From an uncultured Clostridia bacterium (GTDB lineage Bacteria > Bacillota > Clostridia > Christensenellales > UBA1242), in NCBI GenBank assembly GCA_944384465.1, contig CALWTK010000001.1, positions 20,062 to 84,061 on the forward strand: a stretch of 64,000 nucleotides of DNA, in the 5' to 3' direction. This document shows, piece after piece, positions 41,849 through 50,873 of the stretch. The position numbers were made by a program, and so were the translations under genes. Each line of letters starts with the position of its first letter. Position 1 is the stretch's first letter. Under the pieces are notes generated by a model that was given only the letters and a program-made list of their open reading frames with translations, made no database searches and was not told the DNA's origin.

Positions 41849-42133
41849 ACTTCCTCCTTTTATAGTGTTATTATAACAAAAATGGTATTATTTAACAAAC
41901 AAATTTACAAACTACTTTATTTTAGTTTCATTATTTGACTATCAATAATACGAGAAATATATAAAAAGATATAAAGATATTAAGATAGTATGGATTATTT
42001 TTATCTAATTATTTATCTAAAAGGCACCTCTTCAACGCGTGCCCCAACGCAAACGCTATTTCATTTTTACTCTAATTATTTAACGCTCGACAAACAATAT
42101 TGACATATTTAAATTAGCGAGCATGTTGTGAAC

Positions 42134-42158
42134 AAAAAATGAGAGCAAACGCTCTCAT
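42134..42158 (-). terminator. Terminator of pilin gene
   Basis: ATGAGAGC-aaac-GCTCTCAT with T run on minus strand. Confidence 0.8.
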
Positions 42159-42181
42159 CCTAAAAACACTATTAACTAATC

Positions 42182-42481
42182 TTACCACCAGCTATTTACA
42201 CCAGACATTATATCACTCATGTTGTAAGCCAAATAGTAGAACAATGCTATCAAAAGACCTGTTACCACGATACCCACGATAACATAGATCAATTTTTGTT
42301 TAGCTTCGTCACGTTCATTTTTCTCGTCCGCTTTAGCAAATTTGACACCTACAACAATAGCGTAGACGATACCAGCAACAGCGACCAAAATCAAAATAGG
42401 ATTGATGATATTAATTACAGCATTTAATATCGTTTCCAGCCAATCAATACCAGTTTTAAAATCTACTAATAATGTACTCAT
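42182..42481 (-). CDS. VirB2/TrbC-like pilin
   Basis: 99 aa, two TM helices joined by KFAKADEKNERDEAKQKL loop, the typical T4SS pilin pattern. Confidence 0.8.
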   Translation of the reverse strand: MSTLLVDFKTGIDWLETILNAVINIINPILILVAVAGIVYAIVVGVKFAKADEKNERDEAKQKLIYVIVGIVVTGLLIALFYYLAYNMSDIMSGVNSWW

Positions 42482-43139
42482 AAAACCCCCTGTTACATAA
42501 AATTCATTTTAAGTAATACTAAAATTAAATTAGAATAAATACCATAAAACAATATTTTATGCTAATTTATGACATAATAATAGCAAGTTAAAAATATAAA
42601 ATCAACTAATTTTAGATATAATTTAAAAATTTTTTTAACTTTTTTTAAATTACATTAAAACTATTTTCCACAATTATTGATAAATTATTCTTCCTTACAA
42701 TTTATTTTCATAAGACTTTAGAACAAATTTGAGCTATTAGCATATACCCCTGATAAAAATAACCATTGGCGATATCAATATTTTAATACAGATAGCATTC
42801 ATAAAATAATACAAGAATTTTTACACTCTGTTTATACCTTATTATTATAAATGAGATTTACTAACTATATGATTTTTTTATCACGTTAAACTAAAAGCTA
42901 TAGCACTAGACATAGATTGGTATTCTAAACATAAATTTGGTATTTTATTATTGAAACATTAAATACATTTAGTTATCTAAATTTACATACTGCTATTCAC
43001 AAGTAAAAACATTTCCAAGTTTTGTGTATGTGTATATGTGAAGGTATAAGGTACACTTAACTTATATTATTATTTACAATGTTAGTATAACAATATAATA
43101 AGTATTATCTACAAAGCCGTCCATTATTTTAAAATTTGC

Positions 43140-43168
43140 TTGACGGGTAAAAGAAAATTGTATATTAT
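43140..43168 (+). promoter_or_regulatory. sigma-A promoter of virD4
   Basis: TTGACG-17 nt-TATTAT, GAGGT RBS downstream. Confidence 0.65.
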
Positions 43169-43188
43169 TATATCTAGAGGTATTATTG

Positions 43189-45207
43189 ATGAAGAAATTA
43201 GGCAAAAAAATTATTCTTTATATAGTTGTAGCGGCATTAGTTTTCGCTGCAGCGGTAATTATCATAACCTATGTAAAAGATGGCAGATTTGTATTCAATG
43301 CTAGATACATTGGCGACGCTATCCCATTTGTCTTGCTAGCGCTAGGTGCCTTGCTAGTTTATGATCTATTGCGTACGGCAGACGGCAAAAATAAATCCAG
43401 TAGAGACGGCAAGGCAATCGATAAGGTGACAGACTCCAGCGGTAAAGAGACATCCGAGTTCTTCAATAAGGATTTTGTCACAGACGAGGATCTAAAAAAG
43501 ATCAAAGCGTTCAACTACAACACCTTATCCACCATTCGCTCCTCCAAAAAGGATGGCATTTTGGTCCGAGCAGAAGCAAAGGGCTCAAACATGGATATAA
43601 ATTTTGTAGAACCTATTCATACTCTTGTAGTCGGTACCACATCATCAGGTAAAACATCTCGTTTCGTTGTTCCATCCTTGCAACTCATGAGTATGACCAG
43701 CGCAAAGCCGTCTTTCGTTATCACCGACCCGAAGGGCGAATTGTACGAAAAATGCTCACACAAGTTTACGAGTGAAGGCTATGATGTTAAGATCATCAAT
43801 CTACGTGACCCATTCACTTCTACGCAATGGAACCCATTGACTTATCCATTTGATATATACACTAGAAGCTACAATCTAGAAAAAGAAGTGAAAGTTCATC
43901 CTCCAGGAGACAACCCTAGAAGATATAATTTAATGTTGCAAAGAGAATTTGATTATACAACGACTACATGGTTCGAATTCAACAATACCGCATATGTAGA
44001 CAAGTCCTTTATGGAAAGCGATATGCGCGTAAAAGCAAAAGACTTACAAGACCAAACTTACAACACACTAAAAGACATCTGCACTACATTGGCACCTGTT
44101 GAAAGTGCAAAAGAGCCAAGTTGGGAACAAACTGCACAGAGATTGATTCACGCCGTTATGCTCGCCATGCTAGAAGATAGTCGTATCCCAGAACTTGGCA
44201 TGACTAGAGATAAATACAATCTATACAATGTTTACAAGATATGTAACTTGACTGACTCTGGTCGAAATACGTATGCGACACTGACAAAATACTTATTTGA
44301 TTATAGAGATAAATTTAGTAAAGTCGGAGACTTAGCTTCTACTGCACTGAAAAATGCTGAAGGGACTTCGAAAAACTATATGGGCTTCGTTTCTAGCAAG
44401 ACAGCAATGTTTAGCGATACAGGTATCAGCTTGCTTACCAGCCGTTCTGAAATTGACTTTACCTACATTGATGAGAAACCTACAGTTATCTTCTTAATCA
44501 TTCCAGATGAAATCAGAACGAGATATCCTTTAGCTATTTTGTTCGTAACCCAATTGTACAAACGTCTTGTTGAAAAAGCGCAAAGTATTGGCGGTAGACT
44601 GAAACGAAATGTTTACTTCATGCTAGATGAATTCGGTAATATGCCAAAATTCCCAGAATTTGGCTCATCTATGGCGGTAGGTCGTTCACGTGGTATATTC
44701 TTTGAACTGTGCGTACAATCATATAGTCAGTTGTATCAAGTCTATGGTCAAGATGAAGGTAAAATCATCAAAGACAACTGCCCTATCCAAGTATATATTG
44801 CTTCGGAAGATACAGTCACGAACAAAGAATTTAGCGAACTATTGGGTAAAAAGACCATTGCTAAAGTCAGTGAAAACAAAAGTAAAGGACCAGACGGCAA
44901 AGAGACCACTTCTTCTAGCAAACAGGTGTTATCCAGACCTATTGCTTATCCTGAAGAATTGATGACATTCAGGGACCAAGACAAAGTTGTGATCAAGACC
45001 TTTCAACCAAACGCTGCATTGAAAACAACTATGACCATGTACTTCAAAGCACCAAAAATCTATGACACCACACGTCAATTTGGCAGTTATATTCAAAGTA
45101 GACTTTTTGATGAAGACAAAGTATTCTACGACATCAAACAACGTAACAGCATTATGTCTACTCTAAACGACAATGATGATGACGATGATGACGATGACTT
45201 ATTCTAA
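43189..45207 (+). CDS. virD4: VirD4/TraG-like type IV coupling protein
   Basis: Two N-terminal TMs, HTLVVGTTSSGKT, ITDPKGEL, WNPL, FMLDEFGN, GRSRGI..VQSYSQL..YG, poly-Asp C-tail. Confidence 0.92.
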   Translation: MKKLGKKIILYIVVAALVFAAAVIIITYVKDGRFVFNARYIGDAIPFVLLALGALLVYDLLRTADGKNKSSRDGKAIDKVTDSSGKETSEFFNKDFVTDEDLKKIKAFNYNTLSTIRSSKKDGILVRAEAKGSNMDINFVEPIHTLVVGTTSSGKTSRFVVPSLQLMSMTSAKPSFVITDPKGELYEKCSHKFTSEGYDVKIINLRDPFTSTQWNPLTYPFDIYTRSYNLEKEVKVHPPGDNPRRYNLMLQREFDYTTTTWFEFNNTAYVDKSFMESDMRVKAKDLQDQTYNTLKDICTTLAPVESAKEPSWEQTAQRLIHAVMLAMLEDSRIPELGMTRDKYNLYNVYKICNLTDSGRNTYATLTKYLFDYRDKFSKVGDLASTALKNAEGTSKNYMGFVSSKTAMFSDTGISLLTSRSEIDFTYIDEKPTVIFLIIPDEIRTRYPLAILFVTQLYKRLVEKAQSIGGRLKRNVYFMLDEFGNMPKFPEFGSSMAVGRSRGIFFELCVQSYSQLYQVYGQDEGKIIKDNCPIQVYIASEDTVTNKEFSELLGKKTIAKVSENKSKGPDGKETTSSSKQVLSRPIAYPEELMTFRDQDKVVIKTFQPNAALKTTMTMYFKAPKIYDTTRQFGSYIQSRLFDEDKVFYDIKQRNSIMSTLNDNDDDDDDDDLF

Positions 45208-45233
45208 AAACACGGATTAAACCGTGTTTTTTT
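45207..45233 (+). terminator. Terminator of virD4
   Basis: AAAACACGG-attaaa-CCGTGTTTTTT. Confidence 0.85.
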
Positions 45234-45729
45234 ATACAAACGCACGTCCTAACATGCGGGGTTCAATCGGGGTTCACCATAAACAAAACGACACGAAATA
45301 CTGCCCAACAAAATAAAAATTTTATCAAGCAAAATCACAATACAATTAGAAAAATTAAGCGAAAAAAAGTATTCATATGCATGAAGCATTTGAAAGATCA
45401 TCTTACCCCAATATAAAAATAAAAACCCACATTCCGCGGACGAACTTTCACTCCCCAATCTTTACATATTAGTAGTGAATGGCACCAACTTTTTTAGCAT
45501 GTCATATTTAATATAAGGGAACTATAAGAAAACAATACGACTTTTATATAGATTCTCAAAACATTGATAGACAAAAAACCGTTTGAATTCAACGAAAAAT
45601 TTTAACAACACAATTTAAAATTTATCAAAAACAACAAAAACCGAACTAAAGACAACAAATTTTAAGAATATTCTTGACAAAAACTACATAATATGGTAAA
45701 TATATATAGTATCCATTTGATACTTATAT

Positions 45730-45806
45730 CGCGGGATGGAGCAGCACGGCAGCTCGTCGGGCTCATAACCCGAAGGTCGTTGGTTCAAATCCAACTCCCG
45801 CAACCA
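45730..45806 (+). tRNA. Initiator tRNA-fMet(CAT)
   Basis: C1:A72 mismatch, GGG/CCC anticodon stem, CTCATAA loop, encoded CCA. Confidence 0.96.
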
Positions 45807-45811
45807 CGTCG

Positions 45812-45841
45812 CAACTAGGCTTTTAGTCTAGTTGTTTTTTT
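45812..45841 (+). terminator. Terminator after tRNA-fMet
   Basis: CAACTAGGC-tttta-GTCTAGTTG plus T run. Confidence 0.75.
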
Positions 45842-45967
45842 GTCAAAAACAACCGCGACCTTTTACCTGTTGCTCCTTTACCCCACCACGTACTTACAGT
45901 ACTTGTGGGGACATCTTTATCACTAATAATATTAGTTTAGATGATACAAACATCTTTCATTAAAGAA

Positions 45968-46559
45968 TTAGTTTGGCTTTATGTTTACATAATAGACAAA
46001 ATAAATTTGAAGATAAAACTTTGAAAAAACAATAGAACCCTTTAAATCTTGTTCATATAAGTTTTGTAATGGTTCAGCAAAGAAACAATCATTAAATGTT
46101 TGATAAGTGGTTTTAATATTATCTATCATTTCTCTGCGAGTTCTAACTTTAGAAATAAGTAAAGCATCAAAATAACTTAATTTATCTTCATCTAAAAATT
46201 CAGGTGTTCCAAAAGCTTTCTTTACTAACCCTTTTGTTTTTGCTGATGGTTTAAGTTCTCTAATAATATCTAAAACCTCTTCACGAGCATTGAGTATTGC
46301 AGGAACATCTATTTTTTTTCCAATCGAACTCAAAGAAAACAACATCAACCAATTCTTTCAATTGATGTGCAGTAATATCTTTATCAATCTCTATATATTT
46401 TTTGACAAATTTTTTACGTAGTTCCTGTAATTTTTCTAATCTATTATTGTTTAATTCAGGGTTGTTTCTTATTTTTAAAACTTCACTTTTATATTGTTTA
46501 ATATAGTTTTGTCTTAAAATAAAACTCTCTTTGATTTGAAATGTTATTCCTGCTGGCAT
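45968..46559 (-). pseudogene. Hypothetical protein split by +1 frameshift in A8 tract
   Basis: 46281..46559 (RBS AAGGAG) and 45968..46348 fuse to FEFDWKKIDVPAILNAREE if the T8 run at 46312-46319 is T7. Confidence 0.7.
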
Positions 46560-46626
46560 AATATTCTCCTTAATTTAAAGGTATCTCAATTTATAAAAAT
46601 TGTCAAATGTATATAAAAATCTTGTT

Positions 46627-47286
46627 TTATATAGTTATTGCCTGTTCTTGTTTTAATTCTTCAACTGCTTTTGGGTAATGGTCTAAACAAAATTGATAAT
46701 AAGGACTATTAGGGTTTTGACTATAACCTTTTATTAAATATTTTTGATGTTTTAAAATTCTATCAAATTCTTTTTCACCATAATCTTTATAATAGAATAA
46801 ATGCAGTAAATTATTTTTTTGAAATTCTTTCATTAGTTCATAAATGTTTTCAACCTCATAACATTTTAAAAGTTTAACAGGATTTCCTGTGCCATCAACA
46901 ACTTCTGCTGAATAAGATGTTTGGTTTTCTTCAAAATGTGAACTTTTTTGGTCTACAATATAAATATAACATTTTTCGTTATCAAATACTTTTTTTAAAG
47001 CATCTTCATACGCCTCATAAAAAAATATTTCACCATTATTATTCATTAAACCATATTGCCCATCTAAATTACCGAGATGTTTTTTACTACCATAGAATAA
47101 AACTGAATTAAGATGATATGATGCAAAAACACAGGGTTGAGTTCCTTTTTTATATGCCCAAGATTTATTTGGTTTTAATTCAGTTAAATTACCTATTGGA
47201 GAACAATGAAACAAAATCTTTTTATCTCTTATATTAGTTAATATCTTATCTTTAAACTTTTCAAAATCAAATTTTTCAACTTTCAT
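46627..47286 (-). CDS. Hypothetical protein, possible ADP-ribosyltransferase-like fold
   Basis: LFHCSPIGNLTELKP...VFAS...LFY..YIYIV pattern. TTGACA-17-TATTAT lies 6 nt before ATG 47286. Confidence 0.6.
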   Translation of the reverse strand: MKVEKFDFEKFKDKILTNIRDKKILFHCSPIGNLTELKPNKSWAYKKGTQPCVFASYHLNSVLFYGSKKHLGNLDGQYGLMNNNGEIFFYEAYEDALKKVFDNEKCYIYIVDQKSSHFEENQTSYSAEVVDGTGNPVKLLKCYEVENIYELMKEFQKNNLLHLFYYKDYGEKEFDRILKHQKYLIKGYSQNPNSPYYQFCLDHYPKAVEELKQEQAITI

Positions 47287-47384
47287 ATAAAAATAATACA
47301 ATAGTTATTTAATTTTGTCAAATTAAAACTTTTATAAATTTAGATACAAAAACAAATAAAATATGTTATACTAAAATTGTAAGT

Positions 47385-47843
47385 ATGAAAAATGTTAATT
47401 ATAAATTAAAAAATGTGAGTTCACAAGACAAACAACTATACTATGATATTAAGAAATTAACTTGTGAAAAGTATGTAAAAAAGTATTTTGGTGGTTAGAA
47501 CAAACAAGAACAAATAACTTATAACGATAAAATTTTTGATGAAAGTTTAGAGCAAACTTATTTTAAGTCAATAGTTGTAAACAATAAAGTTGTTGGTTTT
47601 TTCGGTTATCAAATATTTGATAAAGAAATCGGTTGTGTAACTTTGCAAATTATACGTATGAAAGGTAGGTCGAAAATCTTTGCCGATTTGCTATCTCATC
47701 TAACTAATTTGTCAAATGAATTAAAGTTACCAATTTATGCTAAATCGTTTTTAGATAGTAAAGATATTAGAATTTATCAAAATGCTGGTTTTAAAATTAT
47801 GGAAATCACAAAATCACATTATCTTTTAAAAAGAGAAAATTAA
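47385..47843 (+). pseudogene. GNAT acetyltransferase with internal amber stop
   Basis: In-frame ATG 47385 ... YFGG*NKQEQ (TAG 47496-47498, probably from TGG) ... VVGFF ... RIYQNAGF. Confidence 0.75.
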
Positions 47844-47853
47844 GGGGTGTAAT

Positions 47854-48024
47854 ATGCAAAAGAAAGATTATGAAACATTTGTAAAAGACAAATTTAAAGG
47901 TAAAACCAAAAATTTAATGTTAAGTCAAATTAAAAATTTTTATGAGATTGCAGAACAAAGTTTTAAAAATAAAAAATATAAACTTGGTGATGATGCTATA
48001 TCATTAATACAAATCAATCGATAG
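47854..48024 (+). pseudogene. Truncated gene fragment (56 aa)
   Basis: AAGGGG RBS, MQKKDYETFVKDKF..., ends abruptly before the toxin-like cassette. Confidence 0.4.
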
Positions 48025-48112
48025 TATTTTGTCAGCTTTTGGATTTAATCAATACGTTTTATTATATTTTATATAAAAGTACTTTTAATATTTAAAGGAG
48101 TTATGATATAAT

Positions 48113-48751
48113 ATGCGTATTCTGGACGAATATACTGATTTAATTAATGCCAGTTTTAGTCAATGGATTAAAGTGGAAGATAATCAATCTAAATGGACAA
48201 TAGAAGATTTCCCATACTCAACTGGAGTTGATGAAAATATTACTTATCCTCACTGTTGGAAATGTGTGACAGTAAATCATTGTTGGTTCAAAAACGAAGA
48301 GAACAAAAAACCGAACCGATTCGACTATTCAAACACTTCATTTTCTCAAACACCATTGAGCAAACGAGGATTATATCATCCGCATTGCCACTGCAAAGAA
48401 TTAGCAATAAACAATCCAAAAATTGATGATATTGAATTAATCATCCCAGATAATAAAGAGTTATATACAATTAATAAAAAATCATCATGGATTAATGCAA
48501 TGGGATATGATAATTATAACAATTTTTTTAAAATTCTCTATATGAAAACAAAAGAAAATTTTTCAAAAGGTAATTACCTTATTAGAGAACATTTTCAATA
48601 TGGTGTACAAATTAATATAAATGTAGCTATGCCCGGCGCTAATGAAAAAATCAATAATATTTATCCACTTAAAACGGCTTATACTATATTCCCTAATGGG
48701 AAATTAAAACTAAATACTCATTTAGGAGGATATCAAGATGAAAGAATATGA
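48113..48751 (+). CDS. Putative toxin: MuF-type Cys/His motif + DUF6883-like C-terminal domain
   Basis: HCWKC...CWF...GLYHPHCHC, then MGY...GNY...YG...TAYTIFPNGKLKLNTHLGG. Homologous to 49846..50442. Confidence 0.6.
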   Translation: MRILDEYTDLINASFSQWIKVEDNQSKWTIEDFPYSTGVDENITYPHCWKCVTVNHCWFKNEENKKPNRFDYSNTSFSQTPLSKRGLYHPHCHCKELAINNPKIDDIELIIPDNKELYTINKKSSWINAMGYDNYNNFFKILYMKTKENFSKGNYLIREHFQYGVQININVAMPGANEKINNIYPLKTAYTIFPNGKLKLNTHLGGYQDERI

Positions 48752-49121
48752 TGAAGTTAAGGTTATCAATAATAATAAATATTACAACGATAAAGGGGTC
48801 TACGCTGGTATGGTTGGCACGATTATTCAGCCAGAAATTAGAGACAATTGCTTTTTAATTTGTTTTATCGACCCTAAATTTAAAGACCCAACATTCGACC
48901 TATCTTCTGATGAAAATATGAAATCTCTTAAAAATGATATTATTTTAGATATTAAAATTTCAGACTTGGAATTCGTTGAAGACGGAAAATGTTCTGATGA
49001 AGATATATTAAACGAATTACCCAAAAACAATCCAAAATGGTGGTGCAAAGTTGAAAATGGATATATTGTAAACTTGCTTGGTGAAAAGAAAAATAAAATC
49101 CCTTTCGACTATGATTCTTAA
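48738..49121 (+). CDS. Putative immunity protein, DUF4926-like
   Basis: MKEYDEVKVI....YYNDKGVYAGMVGTII, overlaps the toxin 3' end by 14 nt, AGGAGG RBS. Confidence 0.6.
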   Translation: MKEYDEVKVINNNKYYNDKGVYAGMVGTIIQPEIRDNCFLICFIDPKFKDPTFDLSSDENMKSLKNDIILDIKISDLEFVEDGKCSDEDILNELPKNNPKWWCKVENGYIVNLLGEKKNKIPFDYDS

Positions 49122-49321
49122 TAATCCAAAATGTTTATTTGTTATTTATTGAACATAATTTTTTATAAAAAATATAAATTTAAATGGAAGTTGCAATTCA
49201 AGTTGCTGAAAAATTTGGAGTTCCATTATTACGACCAGATTTGACAGCTATCACAGGAATTAATTTATCAATGTAACATTTAGCTCACTCTATCTTCATC
49301 CCAAAGTTTTCTAACCTCAAT

Positions 49322-49356
49322 AAAAAAACAAGCCTAGTAATGGGCTTATTTTTTAT
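49322..49356. terminator. Bidirectional terminator between the convergent cassettes
   Basis: AAAAAAACAAGCCT-agtaat-GGGCTTATTTTTT. Confidence 0.65.
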
Positions 49357-49849
49357 TTTCATCGACCAATTTTAGATCATAAATGTTAACACTTATTATA
49401 TCTCCGTACAACTCTCCATTTTCGTCGACTCCAGTAAAATCAACCAACATTTCGCTATTTATCATATCGTCTAAAGCAATAACTCCTCTATCTCCACAAT
49501 GGACACCTTGCCTTGCATATTTTTCTTTTTCTACTATCACTTCAACCCAATCACACTCTTTAAATTTAGGTTTTGTTAATACTCTAGACTTATCTAAATT
49601 CAAGTTTTCTTCAATATATTTATCAAATTCAATTATTATGTTTTTTGGCAATTCTATATCTTCTTTTTTTATTGTTTTATTATTTACTGTGCAGATCGTC
49701 GATTCTCCCACATTGTCATCATTGAAGAAAATAACTTCGCTAGAATCAAGATTAGAAGAAAGAATAATACCATGAAAATCTAATTGTAAATTTAATTTTA
49801 TCATCTCATCGGTTAATTCAACTATTTTTACTATTTGATACTTTTTCAT
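49346..49849 (-). CDS. Putative immunity protein with two DUF4926-like repeats
   Basis: MKKYQIVKI..LQLDFHGII and FKECDWVEVIVEKEKYARQGVHCGDRGVI. ATGA coupling to upstream toxin gene. Confidence 0.65.
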   Translation of the reverse strand: MKKYQIVKIVELTDEMIKLNLQLDFHGIILSSNLDSSEVIFFNDDNVGESTICTVNNKTIKKEDIELPKNIIIEFDKYIEENLNLDKSRVLTKPKFKECDWVEVIVEKEKYARQGVHCGDRGVIALDDMINSEMLVDFTGVDENGELYGDIISVNIYDLKLVDENKK

Positions 49850-50442
49850 TTTATTCTTCCTCCAAATGGCGTTGTATTTTGAAGTCCTCCTTCGGGATAA
49901 AGCATCCAACCAGAATAAAAACTTTTCCCATTATCTAAAGTTATAGGTATTGCCAATCGCTGTCCATACTCATCTAACTTCTTTAGTTTATAATTTCCTC
50001 GCAAATAATTTTCTTTTGCCTGTAAACAATATAATTCTATTAGTTTTTTAATATCTTTGATTGAATATCCCCAAGATTCAAATAATTCTTTTTTACCATG
50101 AGAACTTTCGCCGAATATGTATTTATAAAATTTATCTACAGAACATTTTGCATTGATTTTTTGTCTAACTTTTGAAAATTCTACATTTAGTATTCTACAA
50201 TCACATTTTGGATGTAGAAGCCCATCTGTATTTGGCACTTCATTTCTTGGCATATTCCATTTTACAAAATAACAACCATCTAAAACAGAACATTTTAAAC
50301 AATGACTCCTTTTAGCCTATATACCACGTATTAATTTCCTAAACCAATTATTTTTATTAGGAACCATAAAATGCCACCATTCAATCCATGTATTATCAAC
50401 AACCCATCCATCAATTTCACTAAAATTATCAAAGACTCACAT
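49846..50442 (-). pseudogene. Second MuF-motif + DUF6883-like toxin gene, inactivated by two nonsense codons
   Basis: GAGGT RBS, ATG 50442, TGA 50437-39, TAG 50317-19, then HCLKCSVLDGCYF...LLHPKCDC...DKFYKYIF...HGKKELFESWGY...YSGWMLYPEG. Confidence 0.75.
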
Positions 50443-50873
50443 ATTAACCTCACCATGAGTTTAACATGATAATACAAAAATACATTTTTAATGTGTCATT
50501 AAAGTAATAGTATTATATCAAAAATCTTCTATATTTTCAACTAAAATTAATTTCTATCTTTTTTTACAAAGTCGATAGACTATTAAGCATAATTACAAAA
50601 AACATCACTGTAATCTTTCTTTTAAATGGGTTTTTCATTAAATATGAAAAAATTTAGTTTGGTATTACGCAAAAAAAACGAATTGTAATGGTGTTCGCTT
50701 TTTCATTTTAATTATTTATTAAAATTTGGAATATGTTTTACTTCTTTTGATATTTTTTACACATCTATCCCGTCTTCCAGGGAATATCTTACTTTAAATT
50801 TAATTCTTTTTTATATTTTGAATTTACTTTCTCGTATTTTAATCTCATTACTTTCTTGTCTTTTCTGGGCTCT

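Larger units (their letters stand above)
45850..50500. mobile_element. Decaying AT-rich genomic islet downstream of tRNA-fMet
   Basis: tRNA-adjacent, visibly more AT-rich coding sequence, several pseudogenes/fragments and toxin-immunity-like cassettes. No integrase seen. Boundaries approximate. Confidence 0.55.

Noticed and set aside
42664-42672. DnaA box (TTTTCCACA) in the pilin-virD4 spacer as a replication origin
   Set aside because: Single match, expected by chance. No box cluster or dnaA/rep gene.
47496-50439. Stop-codon recoding (pyrrolysine, selenocysteine or genetic code 4/15) explaining in-frame TAG/TGA
   Set aside because: TGA ends yabP and tadA, and TAG ends dusB and rlmH at the expected positions. 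The internal stops cluster in a decaying islet.
48113-50442. Prophage head module
   Set aside because: Only the short MuF-like motif is present. No portal, terminase, capsid or tail genes nearby.
34962-50500. Complete ICE integrated at tRNA-Arg or tRNA-fMet
   Set aside because: No integrase or relaxase ORF, and no duplicated tRNA 3' end noticed by eye. An exhaustive repeat search was not possible.
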